DNA from: Squalus acanthias | Lineage: Eukaryota | DNA: 46,132 nt | Assembly: GCA_030390025.1 (NCBI GenBank) | Contig: JASTWF010000325.1 | Coordinates: 496,001 to 542,132, forward strand | Reading direction: 5' to 3' | Shown here: positions 40,144-46,132 of the stretch, piece by piece | Position numbering within the stretch: the first letter of the stretch is position 1 | Layout of the letters: each line of letters opens with the position of its first letter | Translations under genes and position numbers: made by a program | The notes under the pieces: generated by a model | The model's database searches: none | What the model was told of the DNA's origin: nothing | The model's input: only the letters and a program-made list of their open reading frames with translations

Positions 40144-41786
40144 TGGCCGGAGCAAGGCTGACCGGAGCCTGTCACTGTGGCCGGAGAGTGTTGACCGGAG
40201 CCTACCACTGTGGCCGGAGAGTTCTGACCGGGTCTGTCACTGTGGCCGGAGAGTGTTCACCGGAGCCTGTCACTGTGGCCGGAGAGTGTTGACCGGAGCC
40301 TGTCACTGTGGCCGGAAAGTGTTGACCGGAGCCTATCACTGTGGCAGGGAGAGTGTTGACCGACTCTGTCACTGTGGCCAGAGAGTGCTGACCGGAGCCT
40401 GTCACTGTGGCCGGAAAGTGTTGACCGGAGCCTATCACTGTGTCCGAAGAGTGTTGACCGGGTCTGTCACTGTGGCCGGAGAGTGCTGACCGGAGCCTTT
40501 CACTGTGGCCGGAGAGTGCTGACCGGAGCCTGTCACTGTGGCCGGAGAGTGTTGACCAGAGCCTGTCACTGTGGCCAGAGAGTGTTGACCGGAGCCTGGC
40601 ACTGTGGCCGGAGAGTGTTGACCGGGTCAGTCACTGTGGCCGGTGAGTGTTGACCGGGTCTGTCACTGTGGCCGGAGAGTGTTGACCGGGTCTGTCACTG
40701 TGGCCGGAGAGTGCTGACCGGAGCCTGTCACTGTGGCCGGAGAGTGTTGACCGGAGCCTGTCAGTGTGGTCGGAGAGTGTTGACCGGAGCCTACCACTGT
40801 GGCCGGAGAGTGTTGACCGGAGCATATCACTGTGGCCGGAGAGTGTTGACCGGGTCAGTCACTGTGGCCGGAGAGTGTTGACCTGGTCTGTCACTGTGGC
40901 CGGAGAGTGCTGACCGGAGCCTATCACTGTGGCCGGAGAGTGTTGACCGGGTCAGTCACTGTGGCCGGAGAGTGTTGACCTGGTCTGTCACTGTGGCCGG
41001 AGAGTGCTGACCGGAGCCTATCACTGTGGCCGGAGAGTGTTGACCGGGTCAGTCACTGTGGCCGGAGAGTGTTGACCGGGTCAGTTACTGTGGCCGGAGA
41101 GTGCTGACCAGAGCCTGTCACTGTGGCCGGAGGGTGTTGACCGGAGCCTATCACAGTGGCCGGAGGGTGTTGACCGGAGCCTGTCACTGTGGCCGGAGAG
41201 TGTTGTCCAGAGCCTGTCACTGTGGCCGGAGAGTGTTGACCAGAGCCTGTCACTGTGGCCGGAGAGTGTTGACCGGAGCCTGTCACTGTGGCCGGAGAGT
41301 GTTGACCGGAGCCTGTCACTTTCGCCGGAGAGTGTTGACCGGGTCTGTCACTGTGGCCGGAGAGTGCTGACCGGAGCCTATCACTGTGGCCGGAGAGTGT
41401 TGACCAGAGCCTGTCACTGTGGCCGGAGAGTGTTGACCGGAGCCTGTCACTTTCGCCGAAGAGTGTTGACCGGGTCTGTCACTGTGGCCAGAGAGTGCTG
41501 ACCGGATCCTATCACTGTGGCCGGAGAGTGTTGACCGGGTCAGTCACTGTGGCCGGAGAGTGTTGACCGGGTCAGTCACTGTGGCCGGAGAGTGTTGACC
41601 GGGTCTGTCACTGTGGCCGGAGAGTGTTGACCAGAGCCTGTCACTGTGGCCGGAGAGTGTTGACCAGGTCAGTCACTGTGGCCAGAGAGTGCTGACCGGG
41701 TCTGTCACTGTGGCCGGAGAGTGTTGACCGGAGCCTGTCACTGTGGCCGGAGAGTGCTGACCAGGGACTGTAGCTGTGGCCGGAGA
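40144..41786. repeat. 32/33-bp CpG-rich minisatellite GTTGACCGG(AGCC/GTC)TGTCACTGTGGCCGGAGAGT, about 50 copies
   Basis: Direct periodicity with two interspersed length variants; two CCGG per unit. Confidence 0.97.
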
Positions 41787-41916
41787 ATATTGGACTAAAA
41801 GCTCTCATAAAGTTATCACTATCGGCTTCTTTCTTTAACATTTGGGATCAGATTGAATCCAATATAATTATTCTCAGCAGTGACCTGGGTTCAGTGATCT
41901 GTCCCCTCGCTTACCT

Positions 41917-42280
41917 GTCCCCAGTGAAGGGTCAGTACATGGGGAACTGTACCCCAATGAGTGTCAGTGAGGGGTCAGTACATGGGGAACTGTACCCCAG
42001 TGAGGGTCAGTGAGGGGTCAGTACATGGGGAACTGTACCCCAGTGAGAGTCAGTGAGGGGTCAGTACATGGGGAACTGTACCCCAGTGAGAGTCAGTGAG
42101 GGGTCAGTACATGGGGAACTGTACCCCAGTGAGAGTCAGTGAGAGGTCAGTGCCAGGGGAACTGTACCTCAGTGAGAGTCAGTGAGCGGTCAGTACATGG
42201 GGAACTGTACCCCAGTGAGAGTCAGTGAGGGGTCAGTGCCAGGGGAACTGTACCTCAGTGAAAGTCAGTGAGGGTCAGTA
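41917..42280. repeat. 43-bp minisatellite GTACATGGGGAACTGTACCCCAGTGAGAGTCAGTGAGGGGTCA, left part (about 8.5 copies)
   Basis: Units at 41935, 41978, 42021, 42064, 42107 and onward at 43-bp spacing. Confidence 0.96.
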
Positions 42281-44080
42281 GAATCATAAAATCATAGAAA
42301 GTTACAGCACAGAAGGAGGCTATTTCAGCCCATCGTGTCCGCGCCGGCCAACAAAGAGCTATCCAGCCTAATCCCATTTCCCAGGTCTTGGTCCGTAGCC
42401 CTGCAGGTTACAGCCTCCCAAGTGCACATCCAAGTACTTTTTAAATGTGGTTAGGGTTCCTGCCTCTACCACCCTTTCAGGCAGTGAGTTCCAGACCCCC
42501 ACAACCCTCTGGGTGAAGAAATTTCCCCTCAAACTCCCTCTAAACCTTCCACCAATTACTTTAAATCTGTGCCCCCTGGTTTTTGACCCCTCTGCTAAGG
42601 GAAATAGGTCCTTTCTATCCACCTTATCGAGGCCCCTCATAATTTTATACACCTCAATAAAGTCTCCCCTCAGCCTCCTCTGTTCCAAGGAAAACAGACC
42701 CAGCCTATCCAGTCTTTCCTCATAGCTAAGATTCTCTACTCCCGGCAACATCCTTGTAAATCTCCTCTGTACCCTCTCTAGTGCAATCACATCTTTCCTG
42801 TAATGTGGTGACCAGAACTGCACGCAGTACTCTAGCTGAGGCCTAACTAGTGTTTTATACAGTTGAAGCATAACCCCCCTGCTCTTGTATTCTATGCCAC
42901 GGCTAATAAAGGGAAGCATTCTGTATGCCTTCTTAACCACCTTATCTACTTGGCCTGCTACCTTCAGGGATCTTTGGACATGCACTCCAAGGTCCCTTTG
43001 TTCCTCTACACTACTCAGTGTCCTACCATTTAATGTGTATTCCCTTTCCTTGTTAGCCCTCCCCAAATGCATTACCTCACACTTCTCCAGATTGAATTCC
43101 ATTTGCCACTGTTCTGCCCACCTGACCAATTTATTGATATCTTCCTGCAGTCTACAGCTTCCTTCTTCAGTATCAACCACACAGCCGATTTTAGTATCAT
43201 CTACAAACTTCTTAATCATACCCCCTATATTCAAGTCCAGATCATTGATATATACCACAAAAAGCAAGGAACCTTGTACTGAGCCCTGCGGAACCCCACT
43301 GGAAACAGCCTTCCAGTTACAAAAACACCCATCAACCATTACCCTCTGCTTCCTGCCTCTGAGCCAGTTTTGAATCCAACTTGACACTTTGCCCTGGATC
43401 CCATGGGCTTTTAACTTCGTGACCAGTCTGCCATGTGGAACCTTATCAAAAGCCTTGCTAAAGTCCATATACACTACATCAAACGCACTACCCTCATCTA
43501 CCCTCCTTGTTACCTCCTCAAAAATTTCAGTCAAGTTTGTCAGACACGACATTCCCTTAACAAATCCGTGCTGACTATCTTTGATTAATCCGTGTCTTTC
43601 TAAATGAAGATTTATCCTGTCCTTCAGAATTTTTTCCAATAATTTTCCCACCACCGAGGTTAGGCTGACTGGCCTGTAATTACTCGGTCTATCCTTTTCT
43701 CCCTTTTTAAACAAGGGTACCACATTAGCAGTCCTCCAGTCCTCCGGCACCACACCTGAAGCCAGAGAGGATTGGAAAATCATGGTCAGGGACTCTGCTA
43801 TTTCCTCTTTTGCTTCGCTTAACAGCCTGGGATACATTTCATCCGGGCCTGGGGATTTATCCACTTTTAAAGCTGCTAAACCCCTTAATACTTCCTCCCT
43901 CACTATGTTTATTTCATCTAATATTTCACACCCCTGATAGCAATGTCTGCTTTGGCCCTCTCCTTTGTGAAAACAGACGCAAAGTTTTTCATTAAGAACC
44001 CTACCGACGTCTCCCGCCTCCACACACAGATTACTCTCATGATCTCTAATAGGCCCTACCCTTTCTTTAGTTATCCTCTT
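42281..44080 (-). mobile_element. 5'-truncated CR1-clade LINE (about 1.8 kb) with 3' UTR and octamer tail
   Basis: RT-domain ORF2; 3' UTR with a GGCT-GAAAT-AGCC stem-loop; terminal TTTCTATGATTTTATGATTCTA (CR1-type octamer tail). No endonuclease domain or ORF1. Confidence 0.95.
42368..44080 (-). pseudogene. CR1 ORF2 reverse transcriptase, C-terminal ~570 codons, truncated
   Basis: Motifs KSPGPD, WRTANVVPLFKKG, NYRPVSLTS, QHGF, DFSKAFDKVPH, GVPQGSVQG, FVDDTK, LVRPQLEYCVQFWSP and C-terminal GYGPRPGKWD*. The frame is open from the truncation point (KRITKERVGPIRD...). Confidence 0.93.
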
Positions 44081-45452
44081 ACATGGGGAACTGTTCCCCA
44101 GTGAGAGTCAGTGAGAGGTCAGTACATGGGGAACTGTACCCCAGTGAGAGTCAATGAGGGGTCAGTACATGGGGAACTGTACCTCAGTGAGAGTCAGTGA
44201 AGGGTCAGTACCAGGGGAACTATAACCCAGTGAGAGTCAGTGAGAGGTCAGTACATGGGGAACTGTACCCCAGTGAGAGTCAGTGAGGGGTCAGTACATG
44301 GGGAACTGTACCTCAGTGAGAGTCAGTGAGAGGTCAGTACATGGGGAACTAGTACCCAGTGAGAGTCAGTGAGGGGTCAGTACATGGGGAACTGTACCCC
44401 AGTGAGAGTCAGTGAGGGGTCAGTACATGGGGAACTGTACCTCAGTGAGAGTCAGTGAGGGGTCAGTACATGGGGAACAGTACCCCAGTGAGAGTCAGTG
44501 AGGGGTCTGTACATGGGGAACTGTACCCCAGTGAGAGTCAGTGAGGGGTCAGTACATGGGGAACTGTACCCCAGTGAGAGTCAATGAGGGGTCAGTACAT
44601 GGGGAACAGTACCCCAGTGAGAGTCAGTGAGGGGTCTGTACATGGGGAACTGTACCCCAGTGAGAGTCAGTGAGGGGTCTGTACATGGGGAACTGTACCC
44701 CAGTGAGAGTCAGTGAGGGGTCAGTACATGGGGAACTGTACCCCAGTGAGAGTCAGTGAGGGGTCAGTACATGGGGAACAGTACCCCAGTGAGAGTCAGT
44801 GAGGGGTCTGTACATGGGGAACTGTACCCAGGAAGTCAGTGAGGGTTCAGTACATGGGGAACTGTACCCCAGTGAGAGTCAGTGAGGGGTCAGTACATGG
44901 GGAACTGTACCCCAGTGAGAGTCAGTGAGGGTCAGTACATGGGGAACTGTACCTCAGTGAGAGTCAGTGAGGGGTCAGTACATGGGGAACTGTACCCCAG
45001 TGAGAGTCAGTGAGGGGTCAGTACATGGGGAACTGTACCCCGTGAGAGTCAGTGAGGGGTCAGTACATGGGGAACTGTAACCCAGTGAGAGTCAGTGAGA
45101 GGTCAGTACATGGGGAACTGTAACCCAGTGAGAGTCAGTGAGGGGTCAGTACAGGGGAACTGTACCTCAGTGAGAGTCAGTGAGGGGTCAGTACATGGGG
45201 AACTGTACCCCAGTGAGAGTCAGTGAGGGGTCAGTACATGGGGGACTGTACCCCAGTGAGAGTCAGTGAGGGGTCAGTACCAGGGGAACTATAACCCAGT
45301 GAGAGTCAGTGAGGGGTCAGTGCCAGGGGAACTGTACCCCAGTGAGAGTCAGTGAGGGGTCAGTACATGGGGAACTGTACCTCAGTGAGAGTCAGTGAGG
45401 GGTCAGTACCAGGGGAACTGTACCTCAGTGAGAGTCAGTGAGGAGTCAGTAC
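44081..45452. repeat. 43-bp minisatellite, right part (about 32 copies)
   Basis: Same unit as 41917-42280; resumes in register after the CR1. Confidence 0.97.
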
Positions 45453-45504
45453 TGAGTGGCTGAAAGCTCAGCAGGGGGCCATGTTCGTGCAAGGCTAGCA
45501 CCAA

Positions 45505-45564
45505 TTAAAGCCAGCCTGCACTACTTAAAGGTAGCCTGCATCTCTTAAAGGGGTTGTGCATTCT
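45505..45564 (+). repeat. 3 x 20-bp motif TTAAAG-N6-TGCA-N4 upstream of the Myb-like exon
   Basis: TTAAAG at 45505, 45525 and 45545, each followed 6 nt later by TGCA. Confidence 0.75.
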
Positions 45565-45620
45565 GCCTGTAGATCATCATTCAACTGGCTGAGGAAGACA
45601 GTGCAAAAAATCAATTAAAG

Positions 45621-45858
45621 TTGGTACAACAGGGGAGAGAGCATGCCCCAAGGTTCTACGATACAGCACTGGATACCTTGGTGCAGCAGATCAATAGGAG
45701 ACAGAGGTCCTCTATCCATAGGGGCCAGGAGGCCCTCCAGTCAACAGACCAAAGTGAAGTGGGAGCAGATGGCCACTGTGGTGAATGTCAGCATTGTTGC
45801 ACCGAGGACCTGGACGCAGTGCAGGAAGAAGTTTAATGACCTCACACGAATGGTCAAG
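45621..45858 (+). pseudogene. Decayed Myb/SANT-like DNA-binding exon (Myb_DNA-bind_5/NAIF1-like) of a PIF/Harbinger transposon
   Basis: Joining frames gives xVQQGREHAPRFYDTALDTLVQQINRR / EVLYP*G / ARRPSSQQTKVKWEQMATVVNVSIVAPRTWTQCRKKFNDLTRMVK. Hallmarks: RAPRF, W-x3-A-x2-VN and RT-x2-QCRKKFNDL. It ends at a plausible donor AAG|GTCAGT. There are two frameshifts, one stop, and TTG at the start position. Confidence 0.82.
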
Positions 45859-46132
45859 GTCAGTGAATTCACCTTTGAATGCCATATCCCACCATCTTCA
45901 CCACCAGCCTCACACACTGCTAAATGCACCACACCCCCATCACTCACCTACCAACAATCTGTAACAAACATGACTCATACATCACATTCATAGCTTCACC
46001 TCACCCTCACACACTTACCACTGCTGCAAGCCTCACACCCACATCTCACAGCTTGCACACACTGGCAGCTATTCAACCATGACAGGTACATTGCCAAAAC
46101 ACATTGCCCCAAATTCACTGACACACATCCCC

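Larger units (their letters stand above)
45453..46132 (+). mobile_element. Probable PIF/Harbinger DNA-transposon remnant running off the window
   Basis: Myb-like exon with its upstream repeats and C/A-rich intron-like sequence downstream. No TIR or transposase seen, so the boundaries are uncertain. Confidence 0.55.

Noticed and set aside
40095..41841. Short Cys/His ORFs (ACHCGRRVLTG) resembling metal-binding repeats
   Set aside because: They are translations of the 32/33-bp minisatellite, broken wherever the unit length changes.
41907..41918. Minus-strand splice donor CAG|GTAAGC
   Set aside because: The upstream exon would lie in the 43-bp array, and there is no acceptor or coding support.
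42447..43995. Plus-strand ORFs within the CR1
   Set aside because: They are antisense shadows of ORF2.
1..45452. CRISPR array or prokaryotic RT system (retron/DGR) suggested by repeats next to an RT
   Set aside because: The repeats are head-to-tail with no unique spacers, there are no cas genes, and the RT is a typical vertebrate CR1 with its own 3' tail.

Overview
Eukaryotic, almost entirely repetitive DNA with no intact host gene. The repeat families point to a cartilaginous fish (shark/ray): a DeuSINE/SacSINE1-like SINE, a CR1 ending in GYGPRPGKWD with a CTATGATT-type tail, and a Harbinger Myb/SANT exon. Bases 1-35662 are one array of about 2,200 copies of a 16-bp satellite (GAATGRGACACARTGT). 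It has kb-scale higher-order structure and several indel-rich, probably assembly-noisy stretches, and its giant minus-strand ORFs are a by-product of the repeat. The remaining ~10.5 kb holds, in order: a GC-rich unique segment with a 3x29-bp GC-box/TATA-like repeat; a truncated SINE; a decayed L2-clade LINE split by both a SINE insertion and a 1.8-kb G-rich minisatellite grown from its own RT coding sequence; a 33-bp minisatellite grown inside that SINE; a 32/33-bp minisatellite; a 43-bp minisatellite interrupted in register by a 5'-truncated CR1; and a pseudogenised PIF/Harbinger Myb/SANT exon. The best-supported unusual signal is the nested birth of tandem repeats inside retroelements. More speculative leads are the RSS-heptamer content of two arrays and a possible promoter/ORF pointing into the satellite. 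Family names come from recalled motifs, not from database searches.
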